NCBI GenBank assembly: GCA_910578855.1
Contig: CAJTRV010000005.1
Location: 788 to 64,787 of the forward strand
Direction of reading: 5' to 3'
DNA: 64,000 nt
Source of the DNA: an uncultured Bacilli bacterium
GTDB taxonomy: Bacteria; Bacillota_I; Bacilli_A; RF39; UBA660
In this document: positions 28,547-38,877 of the stretch, in pieces
Position numbering within the stretch: position 1 is the stretch's first letter
How the letters are laid out: every line of letters starts with the position of its first letter
Translations under genes and position numbers: made by a program
Notes under the pieces: generated by a model
What the model was told of the DNA's origin: nothing
Databases searched by the model: none
The model's input: the letters and a program-made list of their open reading frames with translations, nothing else

Positions 28547-30580
28547 TTACCAGGATCCACCGCCACCTCCGCCAGATCCGCCACCAGATAATCCGCCACC
28601 GGATGACCCACTACTAGATGATCCACTATTACCTGTGAGGGAAGAAGACGGTGGTTGAAATGATGCGGTTATTCCATCTATAAAGGAATTAAAGTTGCTA
28701 AGATCAAAGTCATGAGGACTGTCAAGCCATACTGGCTTCGACATCGTAATATTTCTAAATTTCATAACCCATTCAAATGATATTCCTAATGCATAGGTAT
28801 ACGGTAAAATATCGAAAAAATAGGTTGGGTATTTCGCCACCATCGCTTCTAATCGATCCTTTTCAGCAACCTCTAAAAACGTTCGATAGCCAACGATCTT
28901 CCCTAATATCGCTTGCCCGTAAGGAGTTCGCTTTGGCATCAAAATGATATAAATTATCATACCTATCACACAACTAAGTTGGATCAGAAAGCCCAACAAA
29001 TAGGCTGGTTCCTGGCGAAGAAGAATCAGACAGTCAAGATGATATAATAATTTATATACCGCATAGAAAATAACAGAAAGAAGGAGGCAACAAAGGATTA
29101 AATTAGATACGACCCTTTTAGAAGGGAGTTCGCCTTTTCTTCGGCTATCGGCTAATACCTCTTGCATGACAACGATAATAAAACAAATAATAAGAAATAA
29201 AGCGGCGTAAAGAACAAACCAAAGAAAATAGTTTTTCGATACAAGTTCTCGCTCAAAGGGAATTACCATAAAAACATAACTGAGCGTCATGAGCAAAGAT
29301 CCGATTATGACACAGCGTTTTGACTTCTTATCAATGATTTTATGGCGATTTTTTCTTTTATTCACCCGTGATGCGATTTTCCTTACAGTCTTATAAAACC
29401 TCTGTGTCAAATCTCTTTCTGTCACCTCAGTAATTTCCTTTACAGGAATATTTCTCGGCCATCTTGCTAGCCGATTACAACTAAATAATCCATAAAAGAA
29501 CTGCCGTTCATTTTCATCATTTCCATCATATTCTTTTAATTTGACAATAGTGAAGTTACTGGTGGATGTAAAAAATCCCTGTTTTGTTTTTTTCTCGACG
29601 ATCTTCAAATAGCCATGATTTGCAAGATCAAATAGCAGAGAGCCAACATCACCTGGTGTTACTTTACCTTTATATAAAAATCCAATATTTAAGCTATTCA
29701 TTCCATCAGGAGGATAAAACTCCACTGTTTCGATAAAAGGTTCATCTCTCCCATAACGGTTCCACAACCAGGCAATGACAATCAAACATAAAAGTGGCAT
29801 CAGATAACAGATATATACTAAAAAAGGAATTTTTAAACTACTACCAACAAAGTAATCTTTTGGAAGGTCGCAACGAATTGTTAAAGCTTCATGTGGACTT
29901 AAAATTCCATTATAGCGCCCAGTAATTACATTATCGATTACCTGGTATTCGATTTTATCATTGATCGTCGAACCATAGGTTCCTGATGAAAAGCCTAGTT
30001 TACTACTATCAAATGACTTTGGCATGGTAACAGAAAAGGTAACATTGCCAATTACCGTATCCCAGTCTATTCCGATAATATTATAATATAATTCATCACG
30101 ATCTTTTAACGGATCTTTTCCAAGGTGATATGTATACTGAATGACATATTGCTGATCCCCAGTAAGGGTCCTATTCTCTGAACCAATTTTTATTTTATAA
30201 TCGCCAGTTCCTAGGCTTGTCTGATATGGATGATTCACTTTTAAATTAGTTACTTTGGTTCGATTCTCAGAAGTTGTCCCATCTAATCGCTTCACAGTAT
30301 TCCGTAACGGAAGTGTTCGATAGATTCCATGCTTAGGCCTGTTAAAGTGAACATCAAGTTTTTCTGTAATATCAAAGCTATTGTTTTCGTTAACAACGAT
30401 GTTAATATCGTAACGATCAATTACATAGTCATAACTATGATAAAGGGTGCTTTTACTTGGCGTTGTGAAAGTGGGATCAATTGTTTCACTTGGAAAAGCC
30501 TCAATCCTAGTTACAAATGATAACATCAGAAATAGAAAAAAACAAGCGAACAATGATGTTTTAATTATCTTTTTTTGCAT
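28547..30580 (-). CDS. DUF2207 domain-containing membrane protein
   Basis: Signal peptide, large extracellular domain, TM cluster, and the Gly/Ser-rich tail GNSGSSSSGSSGGGLSGGGSGGGGGGSW characteristic of DUF2207 proteins. Confidence 0.75.
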   Translation of the reverse strand: MQKKIIKTSLFACFFLFLMLSFVTRIEAFPSETIDPTFTTPSKSTLYHSYDYVIDRYDINIVVNENNSFDITEKLDVHFNRPKHGIYRTLPLRNTVKRLDGTTSENRTKVTNLKVNHPYQTSLGTGDYKIKIGSENRTLTGDQQYVIQYTYHLGKDPLKDRDELYYNIIGIDWDTVIGNVTFSVTMPKSFDSSKLGFSSGTYGSTINDKIEYQVIDNVITGRYNGILSPHEALTIRCDLPKDYFVGSSLKIPFLVYICYLMPLLCLIVIAWLWNRYGRDEPFIETVEFYPPDGMNSLNIGFLYKGKVTPGDVGSLLFDLANHGYLKIVEKKTKQGFFTSTSNFTIVKLKEYDGNDENERQFFYGLFSCNRLARWPRNIPVKEITEVTERDLTQRFYKTVRKIASRVNKRKNRHKIIDKKSKRCVIIGSLLMTLSYVFMVIPFERELVSKNYFLWFVLYAALFLIICFIIVVMQEVLADSRRKGELPSKRVVSNLILCCLLLSVIFYAVYKLLYHLDCLILLRQEPAYLLGFLIQLSCVIGMIIYIILMPKRTPYGQAILGKIVGYRTFLEVAEKDRLEAMVAKYPTYFFDILPYTYALGISFEWVMKFRNITMSKPVWLDSPHDFDLSNFNSFIDGITASFQPPSSSLTGNSGSSSSGSSGGGLSGGGSGGGGGGSW

Positions 30581-30587
30581 CGTTTCC

Positions 30588-31136
30588 CTACCATTCTATT
30601 TTAATACTTTCCCGATCTTGAGCATTTGCCATAAACATCGGTTTACTCTTATATCCTAATAATTTAGCAATCAAATTACTTGGAAACATCTCAATTTTAT
30701 CATTCCATAACCGCACTGTTCCATTGTAGTACTTTCGAGCACTAGCAATATCATTTTCTATACTGGTAAGCGCAGCATTTAAATTTTGAAAATTCTCGCT
30801 GGCTTTTAACACAGGATATTGCTCTGCTAGAAGCATCATTCGGCTGATTGATTGATTCAGCTCGGCATTGGTTTTTAACTTATCTGCATCAGACATAGTA
30901 TCATAAGAACTATTTCTAAGATTGATCACCTCAGTCAAAGTCTCTTTTTCATAGGCAGCATATTCTTTCGTAACAGTAACAAGATTAGGAATTAAATCCC
31001 AGCGTTTTTTTAGGTAAACATCCATAGTTGCAAAGGCTTCGTTCACCCGATTATTCAATTTTACTAATTGATTATAAATACCAAAACAATAGATTATTAT
31101 TATCACAATGATGGCAATGATGATATAAACGATCAT
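30588..31136 (-). CDS. lemA: LemA family protein
   Basis: N-terminal TM then YNQLVKLNNRVNEAFATMDVYLKKRWDLIPNLV (LemA signature). 8 bp upstream of the DUF2207 gene. Confidence 0.85.
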   Translation of the reverse strand: MIVYIIIAIIVIIIIYCFGIYNQLVKLNNRVNEAFATMDVYLKKRWDLIPNLVTVTKEYAAYEKETLTEVINLRNSSYDTMSDADKLKTNAELNQSISRMMLLAEQYPVLKASENFQNLNAALTSIENDIASARKYYNGTVRLWNDKIEMFPSNLIAKLLGYKSKPMFMANAQDRESIKIEW

Positions 31137-31281
31137 ATAACTTCCTCCTTATTATTATAATGAATCAATATTCATACCAAAAGTATACCACATTTTCCCA
31201 ATGTTTTTCCATAAATACGCTATTTATGTCGAATATTGCTGATTTTTAAAATTTAAAAAAGAATTAGTATTCTAATTCCTC

Positions 31282-31842
31282 TTATTCACAAGTACCATCG
31301 ATCGCATTCATATATGATGTCACAGCTTTCGCACTCCCAGTGATATCAGCATAATCGATTTCAGCTTGTAACACTGACTGTATTTTCTTATTACAATTAG
31401 AACAATTAAAATAGCCATCACTTCCAAGGGAAATAAGATAATCTTGATCCCCTACTTGACAGCGAAGGGTTACTTCCTCATTTGATGAAACGTTCGTCTC
31501 CTTACGCATTATCATAAATAGGCATAACGCCATCACATCAATGATGACAAACACCAAAAACAAAATACCCAGTCCCTTGATTAATTTGATAATAAGGCCG
31601 ACTAGTCGTTCTGTGTTGCTCATCTTTTGGACCAAGATATCACTGGTATCATGACCCAACATTTCATCGACACTCCGATGAAATGTCTTCGCTAGAAAGA
31701 TTAATTGCTCAGGATTAGGAGCAGTCACACCTAGTTCCCAGTTGGACATTGTCTGTCTTGTCACTCCAACCATTTCCGCCAATTGCTCTTGTGAAAGATT
31801 TTGTTCTTTGCGAAGATTCGCAATATGTTCTCCTAATTTCAT
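31282..31842 (-). CDS. membrane-anchored XRE-family HTH regulator with Cys-rich extracytoplasmic domain
   Basis: HTH LSQEQLAEMVGVTRQTMSNWELG, TM helix, C-terminal domain with CxxxxxC...CSNCNKK...C. Start moved to ATG 31842 (RBS AAAGGAGAA). Confidence 0.7.
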   Translation of the reverse strand: MKLGEHIANLRKEQNLSQEQLAEMVGVTRQTMSNWELGVTAPNPEQLIFLAKTFHRSVDEMLGHDTSDILVQKMSNTERLVGLIIKLIKGLGILFLVFVIIDVMALCLFMIMRKETNVSSNEEVTLRCQVGDQDYLISLGSDGYFNCSNCNKKIQSVLQAEIDYADITGSAKAVTSYMNAIDGTCE

Positions 31843-31931
31843 TGTTTCTCCTTTCACCAACATGATAGCAAATAGGACTTAATTATACCACCAAATTTAT
31901 TTGGAAATAACGCCAATCATTTTAACATAAA

Positions 31932-32183
31932 CTATTTTTTTATTCTATGAGCAGTGATAATGGTATTGCTATATACGTTGATTGTTATGATAACTTGCTG
32001 AGTATTCGCGTACCAGTTTTTCCCTTTTCGGGTAACAACACAGCTCGGGCTCTGAATTATCTTGCGGCACCAAGCAACTACATCATCAACTGAAAGAGAA
32101 AGATTCCGTTTGATTCGTTCGACTCCTAATTCTGTTGTATGTAACTTATGCAAGCTTGCCAGTAACAATTCCCTTTGCTCCAT
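31932..32183 (-). CDS. DUF3781 domain protein
   Basis: 83 aa: ...LGVERIKRNLSL..DDVVAWCRKII...VTRKGKNWY.....ITINVYSNTIITAHRIKK matches the DUF3781 pattern as recalled. Confidence 0.6.
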   Translation of the reverse strand: MEQRELLLASLHKLHTTELGVERIKRNLSLSVDDVVAWCRKIIQSPSCVVTRKGKNWYANTQQVIITINVYSNTIITAHRIKK

Positions 32184-32420
32184 TTATTTCACTTTGATCT
32201 TGATTGCCCTTCACCAATTTATTCGCTACAATATTATCACTTAAAATAATCATTAGTGTGGCATAATCTTTTGGTGTTAACCTTGAACCATAATTAAGAC
32301 AACTCATAATTCCTGAATTCACCCCGGAAACATTATCTTTCCTCTCATAGATAAATTCATTATCAAAGTGTTTCTCACCTTTATAAACTTGTTTGTTGAC
32401 TAAAATGATCTATTGCTTGG
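32184..32420 (-). pseudogene. remnant of a class A beta-lactamase / serine-PBP-like gene (SDN-loop region only)
   Basis: Own minus-strand translation ...FIYERKDNVSGVNSGIMSCLNYGSRLTPKDYATLMIILSDNIVANKLVKGNQ has the SDN motif context (cf. TEM AAITMSDNTAANLLL). No SxxK or KTG parts. Stop codon immediately upstream and a frameshifted hydrophobic segment beyond. Confidence 0.5.
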
Positions 32421-32498
32421 CATCGGAAAAATGATTACAATCAATAGAAATCCAAAAATATTCTAATAATTTATTATCTATTTTTTAGCTTGTTTCCC

Positions 32499-33050
32499 CT
32501 AATATTCTGTCCGGACCTCAAATATTACCACCTTTTCCTGATGTACTCCCAAGGGGATATCATAAACACAAAATTCAATAATCATATCGAATAATTGATG
32601 TTTAAAAACATAATCAATCACATCATTTAATCCCGGAATATATTTCACCCGTCGATCGAATAGATCTGTTTTTAAAAAAATATTAGGCTCACAAAAATTT
32701 CGATGATTACTCTCTTTAGCAAATGACCCACTAAGTGTAAACTCCATCTCCCTAGTAAATTCCAACTCACCAAGTAATACTTTATGATCCAAATAATTAT
32801 AAGACGCAACATCGAGACCCAGGATCGTATACTCATGAATATGCTTATAAACCTCTTCTTTGGTTAAATTATAATAGACCTTTCCGCCAGTTCTTGTTTT
32901 ATCTTTTAAAATGTAATAGGTTTCTAGATGATCATCAAGATATTTTTTTATATCAGCAATTTGTGTATGATAAAACACTTCTTCACCAAAATAATTTAGA
33001 TGATGTGTTTTGATATATTTAATACTTTCAAATTTGTTTCTAATTTTCAT
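32499..33050 (-). CDS. hypothetical protein (183 aa)
   Basis: Intact ORF, no recognised motif. Confidence 0.45.
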   Translation of the reverse strand: MKIRNKFESIKYIKTHHLNYFGEEVFYHTQIADIKKYLDDHLETYYILKDKTRTGGKVYYNLTKEEVYKHIHEYTILGLDVASYNYLDHKVLLGELEFTREMEFTLSGSFAKESNHRNFCEPNIFLKTDLFDRRVKYIPGLNDVIDYVFKHQLFDMIIEFCVYDIPLGVHQEKVVIFEVRTEY

Positions 33051-33080
33051 AGCAACACACCAATCCTTTTTAACAATTCC

Positions 33081-34094
33081 CTAATCTAAATAAAAGGAGA
33101 TCTTACCACAACCACCTTCTGAGGTGACAGATGCAAGAGCGCCATTTATTATCGTCATTCGTGGAGCAACATGTCCGATATCAGCATTGACAATAATAGG
33201 AATTTGAAGCATTTCTAACGAAGAGCGAATTGCTTCTAAAAATGATATGTCATAATTGCTAGCATTCGTCGCACTCCGACCAAAAATAATTCCCTTACAG
33301 TATTGAAACCATCCATTATCTCGAAACTTCCACAATGTTCGAATTAGTTGCTCACTAGTAAATTCACAATTATCAAAATACCATATAATTCCATCCTGTT
33401 TATATGTTTCAATAAACTTCTTCGTCTTATCAAAGCGGGTTCCGAATAAGTCATTTAATAAATCGATGCAACCACCAATCATTCGTCCTTTCATTGTAAT
33501 TACTTTCTCTGGTGTTAAATTTTCCCAATATACATTCTGGGTTAAAGTATATGGCTCAGTTCCTGTAACAAACGGGAGATACGCGTTTTCATATTGATCA
33601 AAACTATATTGGGGTTTTATATTTCCCTTTAAAAACTCTAAATTATTTTGAAGGGATGAGTGCCAAGGTTTCATCCCAAAGTTGCAAAAATTATCGCCAT
33701 AGATAGTCGCAATATCTAAGTTTGTCGTAATGGTATATAAAAGCCCCGTCGGATCGGAATACCCCTGTAACCATTTTGGATGTTTTGCGATGATGGAAAA
33801 ATCGACATCAGATAACATTTCAAGAAGAAAATCACCACCTTCAGCACACATGATGATATCAACATCATCATTTAAAAATAACGATTCTAACTGCCGAGCC
33901 TGTTCTTTACTAGAACTACTTCTTCCTTTAACGCTTGTTCTAACATTAGGAGTCAGAATAACTTTAAATTGTATTTGCTGAAACGTTTTGATCGCCTGAT
34001 CCAACCGATGAATCTTTTTCAGTTTGGTTATTCCATCAGAGGGGGCTGTTACACCAATCGTTCCACCTGATGTTAAAAATTTTGGATAGTGCAT
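33081..34094 (-). CDS. S66 family LD-carboxypeptidase (LdcA/MccF-like)
   Basis: GGTIGVTAPSDGI N-terminus, ...DVDIIMCAEGGDFLLEMLS, 337 aa typical of S66 peptidases. Confidence 0.8.
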   Translation of the reverse strand: MHYPKFLTSGGTIGVTAPSDGITKLKKIHRLDQAIKTFQQIQFKVILTPNVRTSVKGRSSSSKEQARQLESLFLNDDVDIIMCAEGGDFLLEMLSDVDFSIIAKHPKWLQGYSDPTGLLYTITTNLDIATIYGDNFCNFGMKPWHSSLQNNLEFLKGNIKPQYSFDQYENAYLPFVTGTEPYTLTQNVYWENLTPEKVITMKGRMIGGCIDLLNDLFGTRFDKTKKFIETYKQDGIIWYFDNCEFTSEQLIRTLWKFRDNGWFQYCKGIIFGRSATNASNYDISFLEAIRSSLEMLQIPIIVNADIGHVAPRMTIINGALASVTSEGGCGKISFYLD

Positions 34095-34264
34095 GGTATC
34101 ACTCCTTTTATCTAATATTATTATACAGGAAAAAAAGATAAATTCCTATCAAATAATTTGAATCCTTCACAACGGTTTGTTATAATAATCACCAACGAAA
34201 GGAATGATAAAAATGAATATCACGGAAACTGAATTACGATGGGTTATCAACCACCACCAAAATA

Positions 34265-34579
34265 ATGACAAGCAAGTATGGAACACTTACACTTATCAAT
34301 CAGCCTTGCTCCAAAAGTGCTCTTGCCACTATTAACAAAGGAGATATTCTCTTTTTCCATCGACAATCTCTAAAAGATACTAAACCAACAGTCAATAATA
34401 AATATCCTGGTCATTGCGGTCTTTATCTTGGGAACAATTCATTTATCCATTGCGTAAAATCACAGGGTAAAGTCGTTATTAGTAATTTCAATCAAACACC
34501 CTATTGGCAAAATATTTTGGTTGCCAGTAAAAATATTTTCACTGATGAACAATCGTTTGAAAAAATAAAACACCTCTAA
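34265..34579 (+). pseudogene. NlpC/P60-like C-terminal half (His-motif region), probably frameshifted or truncated
   Basis: GDILFF...GHCGLYLGNNSFIHC matches the His part of NlpC/P60 (GDLVFF...HVGIYIGNGxMIHA). An upstream out-of-frame ORF (ATG around 34213, ...QSALLQKCSCHY*) may hold the displaced Cys region. Confidence 0.4.
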
Positions 34580-34718
34580 AGTGACAAGCAGGTGTTATTT
34601 TTTTGATGGTTCATACAGTGTCAAAGTTTACATCGAAAATATAATAATTATGTAAAATTTACATTTAACAATTATTTTACACCATATAGCATGATATAAT
34701 GTTTTTAAATTAAGGAGT

Positions 34719-35678
34719 GTGAAAAAATTGATTTTAAATATTTTATTATTAATAGTGGGATTCATTTTACTAATAAAAGGAGCTGATGTTTTCGTTGATG
34801 GTGCATCCTCAACAGCCCAAAACTTTAAAGTATCAAAAATGCTAATAGGACTTACAATTGTTGCTTTTGGTACTTCAGCACCAGAATTTGCCGTTTCAAT
34901 GAGTGCTTTAGCATCAGGAAGTACTGACATGGTCTTAGGAAATGTAATTGGTAGTAATATTTTGAATATTTTACTAATATTAGGTATTGCAGCTGCGATA
35001 AAACCAATTTCTATCAAAGACAATACCGTAAAAAAGGAACTACCATTAACTTTATTAATCTCTACCTTATTAGTCGTATTATTTCTCGATATTAGTCTAG
35101 GCAATGGATCTACAAATCAAATAACAAGAGCAGATGGAATTGTGATTTTACTTTTCTTTTCTGTATTCTTATATTATTTAATAACTTTGACAAAACAAAG
35201 AAAAAACACTAAAGAAGAAAAGCCCCAATTCAAACTAGGGAAATCACTATTATTTGTATTACTTGGATTGGGTGGAATCATTTTAGGAAGTAACTTAGTA
35301 GTTGACAATGCATCAGACCTTGCTACTACTTTAGGAGTTAGCGAAAGAATTGTATCATTAACGATTATTGCCTTTGGAACGTCTTTACCGGAATTAGTTA
35401 CAACAGTAGTTTCTGCAAAAAAAGATGAGCAAGATTTATTGGTTGGTAATATCATAGGAAGTAATATATTTAACGTCTGTGTGGTATTGGGTATTCCGGT
35501 TGCTATATTTGGGGGAATAACACCATCTAGTTTTCAAACAATCGATTTAATCGTTTTAGTAGGATCAGCACTTTTACTATTTATTTTTTCTAAAACTTCA
35601 AAAAGAATAAATAAGGTAGAAGGATATTTAATGTTAATTACCTTTATAATTTACTATGCTTTAATATTCGTCATATAA
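34719..35678 (+). CDS. CaCA-family sodium/calcium antiporter (YrbG-like)
   Basis: Two alpha-repeats GTSAPEFAVS / GTSLPELVTTV, 10 TM. SD AAGGAG with GTG/TTG start. Confidence 0.85.
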   Translation: MKKLILNILLLIVGFILLIKGADVFVDGASSTAQNFKVSKMLIGLTIVAFGTSAPEFAVSMSALASGSTDMVLGNVIGSNILNILLILGIAAAIKPISIKDNTVKKELPLTLLISTLLVVLFLDISLGNGSTNQITRADGIVILLFFSVFLYYLITLTKQRKNTKEEKPQFKLGKSLLFVLLGLGGIILGSNLVVDNASDLATTLGVSERIVSLTIIAFGTSLPELVTTVVSAKKDEQDLLVGNIIGSNIFNVCVVLGIPVAIFGGITPSSFQTIDLIVLVGSALLLFIFSKTSKRINKVEGYLMLITFIIYYALIFVI

Positions 35679-35711
35679 ATATTAAAATAAAAGTAAATCA
35701 ACTGTCTCAGA

Positions 35712-35752
35712 CGATTGACAAATAATATTTTGTTAATCGTCTTTTCTTAAAA
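35712..35752 (+). terminator. rho-independent terminator after antiporter gene
   Basis: GACGATTGACAAA-taatat-TTTGTTAATCGTC (13-bp stem, 1 mismatch) then TTTTCTT. Confidence 0.6.
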
Positions 35753-35881
35753 CTACCTTAAACTGTTTAAGCTGGCACTATTTTTATGGATTATATCTTA
35801 TTTCACTTTTGATTTCAGGGTATTCAAGTTTAGATTTTGCTCTTTTGACTAAGCCTATTAACTTTCTTTCTACCAATTATA

Positions 35882-36676
35882 TCATATTATATCTTTAACC
35901 CTTTTCTTTAATTTTTCTATTTCTTTATCATTGAATATCCCTATATTTTTTGCTCTATTACCACACTTGATAATAAAATCCCTATCCTTAGTATTGATGA
36001 CCTTTTCTATTAAGTTATTAATATCCAAATCTTCATACACAGCACTTATAAATTCAGTCAGGTAATAGTCATCCCTTTTTTCAATAAAATAATCTTCTAT
36101 ATGAGTAAAGTCCATTTTTTTACCCTCATAATTAAATGCTAACCGCCATAAAGCTTCCCTTTTATCTTTTTTGATACCAATTTTTACTAAATTATTAAAA
36201 GTTTCCTGACTTATGTTTGGACTTACAGGAACCGAAATATATTGGGCAATGAACTCTAGTAATTCCAAATCACTCATTTTCTTACAATACTTAATATATA
36301 CTGAATTATTTATCAATAAGTCATATAATTTCTCATACCTTGGTCCACTATCCCTTACTTCATACTTAGTTTTTTCTAAATCATTATAATGCTTTTCGGC
36401 AAATTCTCTTACTTCTTTCTCGTTATTTTCATTTGTTTTTATCTTTTCAAAAGCCTCTAATATATGATTAAGAGATGTTAATCTTCTTGTTTCAACTTGG
36501 TCAATTTCTATTGGCACAGTTTCTATTATTTTTTTTACTTCCTCTATAAGTTCCGCAATGTTAGCTATTTCTCTTTTGGAAAATTTTTTTAAATCAAGAT
36601 TTGTTAATAATTTTATTAATTCATCACTATTAATAAAACGATTTACGTAACGATAAACTATATTTACTAAATCCAT
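35882..36676 (-). CDS. hypothetical protein (264 aa), AT-rich island
   Basis: Start moved to ATG 36676 (RBS GATGAGGTG). Lys/Glu/Ile-rich, no recognised domain. Confidence 0.5.
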   Translation of the reverse strand: MDLVNIVYRYVNRFINSDELIKLLTNLDLKKFSKREIANIAELIEEVKKIIETVPIEIDQVETRRLTSLNHILEAFEKIKTNENNEKEVREFAEKHYNDLEKTKYEVRDSGPRYEKLYDLLINNSVYIKYCKKMSDLELLEFIAQYISVPVSPNISQETFNNLVKIGIKKDKREALWRLAFNYEGKKMDFTHIEDYFIEKRDDYYLTEFISAVYEDLDINNLIEKVINTKDRDFIIKCGNRAKNIGIFNDKEIEKLKKRVKDII

Positions 36677-36890
36677 ATTACACCTCATCTTTTATAAATG
36701 CCGTTAATTCCCTAATTAATTTAATTATATTATATATATTTTAACACATGAACTAATGCATATTATCTATTCTTTTATGTGCTGAAGTGACTTTATGAAG
36801 TTCTCTTGTCATAAATCCTACAATAACAAAATATCTTTCATTCTTTAAATATTTTTACTTTTTCCAAATTTCTTTATAAGCTTAATTGTT

Positions 36891-37916
36891 TTACTTCACC
36901 ATTTTTATCTTTTTTTGGTTTTTTGATGAATTTGAGTTATCTTCTGGTGTATAAAAATTAGCAGCATTATTATTTTCCAGCATTATTAATTCTTGGATTG
37001 TCATTGTCGGAAGTTCTTCATATTTATGTGCTCTTGAACCATATCCAATATAGCAAACTAAATCTTCAGATCCACCTGCTTTAATATATTCATCCATAAA
37101 TAACTTAAGACATGAATCAGCTGTATCAACACCATATGCCATTGGTATATCAATGTTTCTACCAAATTCTTTTGCAAATAAGAAGGCCCTACGAGCTCCA
37201 ATTCTATTGGCACCACGTTCAATAATTCTATACATTACACAATTAAGCATTTCATCTTTTTGATAAATCTGATTATCATAATCCTTAATTACTTTTTCAA
37301 ATTCATTATTTTCTGGAAATTTTATACCTTTTTCTTTTAACATACTAACTACTTCTTTTATATGTTTACCTTCTAAATTTTCATTATCTATTCCAGGTAT
37401 TACATCCATATATTCATCTATCTTAACAAAGCCATCGTGAGTTAAATGTAGATGACGTATAAGACTCCAATAAGCAATTCTCGGATATTCAGGTCTTGAA
37501 AATACTTCTCTTTCACTCCGCGGTAATGAATTAATAAATGCTTTCGTATTATAAAATTCAGCCCAGTCTAAACCTTTAATGTCGGAATCTTCATCCAATA
37601 CATCTTTTGTATATTGATTATTTGCAAACATAACTTCATTTATATCAATTGGCCCTTGTATTGAACCAAACATCATTTTATATATTTCATAATCTGGATA
37701 TCTTAATTCATACCAAACCGCCATTTTTTCAATAAAATTTCTCATGTCTATTGGAAAATGATATTCAGCAGTATCAGCATAACGGCCTTTAACCATATTT
37801 TCAGAATACCAGTCAATAAATTCATCTACCTTATCATCTAATGTTATTACTCTAACTTTTTTAGACTTCCTTTCTAATTGTTTTCTCAATTTTATTAATC
37901 CCTCTTTTATTTCCAT
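36891..37916 (-). CDS. hypothetical protein (341 aa), AT-rich island
   Basis: Intact ORF. No motif recognised. Confidence 0.5.
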   Translation of the reverse strand: MEIKEGLIKLRKQLERKSKKVRVITLDDKVDEFIDWYSENMVKGRYADTAEYHFPIDMRNFIEKMAVWYELRYPDYEIYKMMFGSIQGPIDINEVMFANNQYTKDVLDEDSDIKGLDWAEFYNTKAFINSLPRSEREVFSRPEYPRIAYWSLIRHLHLTHDGFVKIDEYMDVIPGIDNENLEGKHIKEVVSMLKEKGIKFPENNEFEKVIKDYDNQIYQKDEMLNCVMYRIIERGANRIGARRAFLFAKEFGRNIDIPMAYGVDTADSCLKLFMDEYIKAGGSEDLVCYIGYGSRAHKYEELPTMTIQELIMLENNNAANFYTPEDNSNSSKNQKKIKMVK

Positions 37917-38261
37917 AAAATAAACCTCCCTTAATTACTTACTATTTTAACATATTTATCTTTCAAAATCATCGTTTTTCTTCTTTTTTACTACAACATT
38001 AAAGTTTCCATAGTTGTATTATCATAAGGATATCCCTTTTTGTAAGAAAAAAGGTTGATATTTAATTTTTGTAATAGTCCTTCATGATCATTTGATCTAT
38101 ATTGACTATCACCGTCAGTATGAAATACTCATCTTCCTCAAGTCCACCGTTAACAAGAGCTTTTTTAAATGCATCTATAACTAAATCATATATTCTTTAA
38201 AAATAATGTAGATTTTATGAAAAAATAAGATTATAATAGATTTATCCAGGAGGTTATGGGG

Positions 38262-38822
38262 ATGAAAGAAATTGTAAAAGATAATATTATAAACTATGAA
38301 TTAATTAAAATCAGACAGAATACACCTGTATTAGAATATTTAAAAAGAAAGAATTTTTCTTTTACATTAAAACAAGTCCCACCAGAAACATTAGAGCAAT
38401 TAAAAATTTCTGATAATCCTATTGATATGGAATATGGAAATCTTGTTGCTGGTTATGGTCCTCGAAAAGGGAACAGTTTTAGATCTAGTGGAGGGTTAAA
38501 AATTTCTGATCCTAACAAATCTATTAATGGTTCATTCATAATTGAGGATACAAGAATCATATACTGTGCACTTCAACCATTTTATGAAGAAAGAGATACA
38601 ATTGTATATGATGGTACTGTGTTTTATACAAGTATGTCAATGTTAGAATTATTAAAAGAGGAATTAAATAAAAGAAGACAGTATTTGATTTATATGGGAC
38701 AAAAATTAAATGGTTATGTATTGGAAGATCAATTCGTTGAAGTATCTAAATCTGAATTATTAGAATATGCACAAACTCCAAAAAAAGGAGAACATGTTTT
38801 AAGTAAAATAAGACATTATTAA
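38262..38822 (+). CDS. hypothetical protein (186 aa), AT-rich island
   Basis: SD AGGAGG 8 nt before second ATG (38262). No recognised domain. Confidence 0.5.
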   Translation: MKEIVKDNIINYELIKIRQNTPVLEYLKRKNFSFTLKQVPPETLEQLKISDNPIDMEYGNLVAGYGPRKGNSFRSSGGLKISDPNKSINGSFIIEDTRIIYCALQPFYEERDTIVYDGTVFYTSMSMLELLKEELNKRRQYLIYMGQKLNGYVLEDQFVEVSKSELLEYAQTPKKGEHVLSKIRHY

Positions 38823-38877
38823 TATTTAAAAGGGTAATGTCAGAGTATGAGAGTGTAAAATAAAGTGTGTAAGTTAG

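Noticed and set aside
30329-30659. Plus ORFs 30329..30520 and 30447..30659
   Set aside because: Antisense to DUF2207 and LemA genes.
34628-35455. Minus ORFs 34628..35104 (158 aa) and 35174..35455 (93 aa)
   Set aside because: Antisense to the CaCA antiporter, which has canonical alpha-repeats. These translations are low-complexity.
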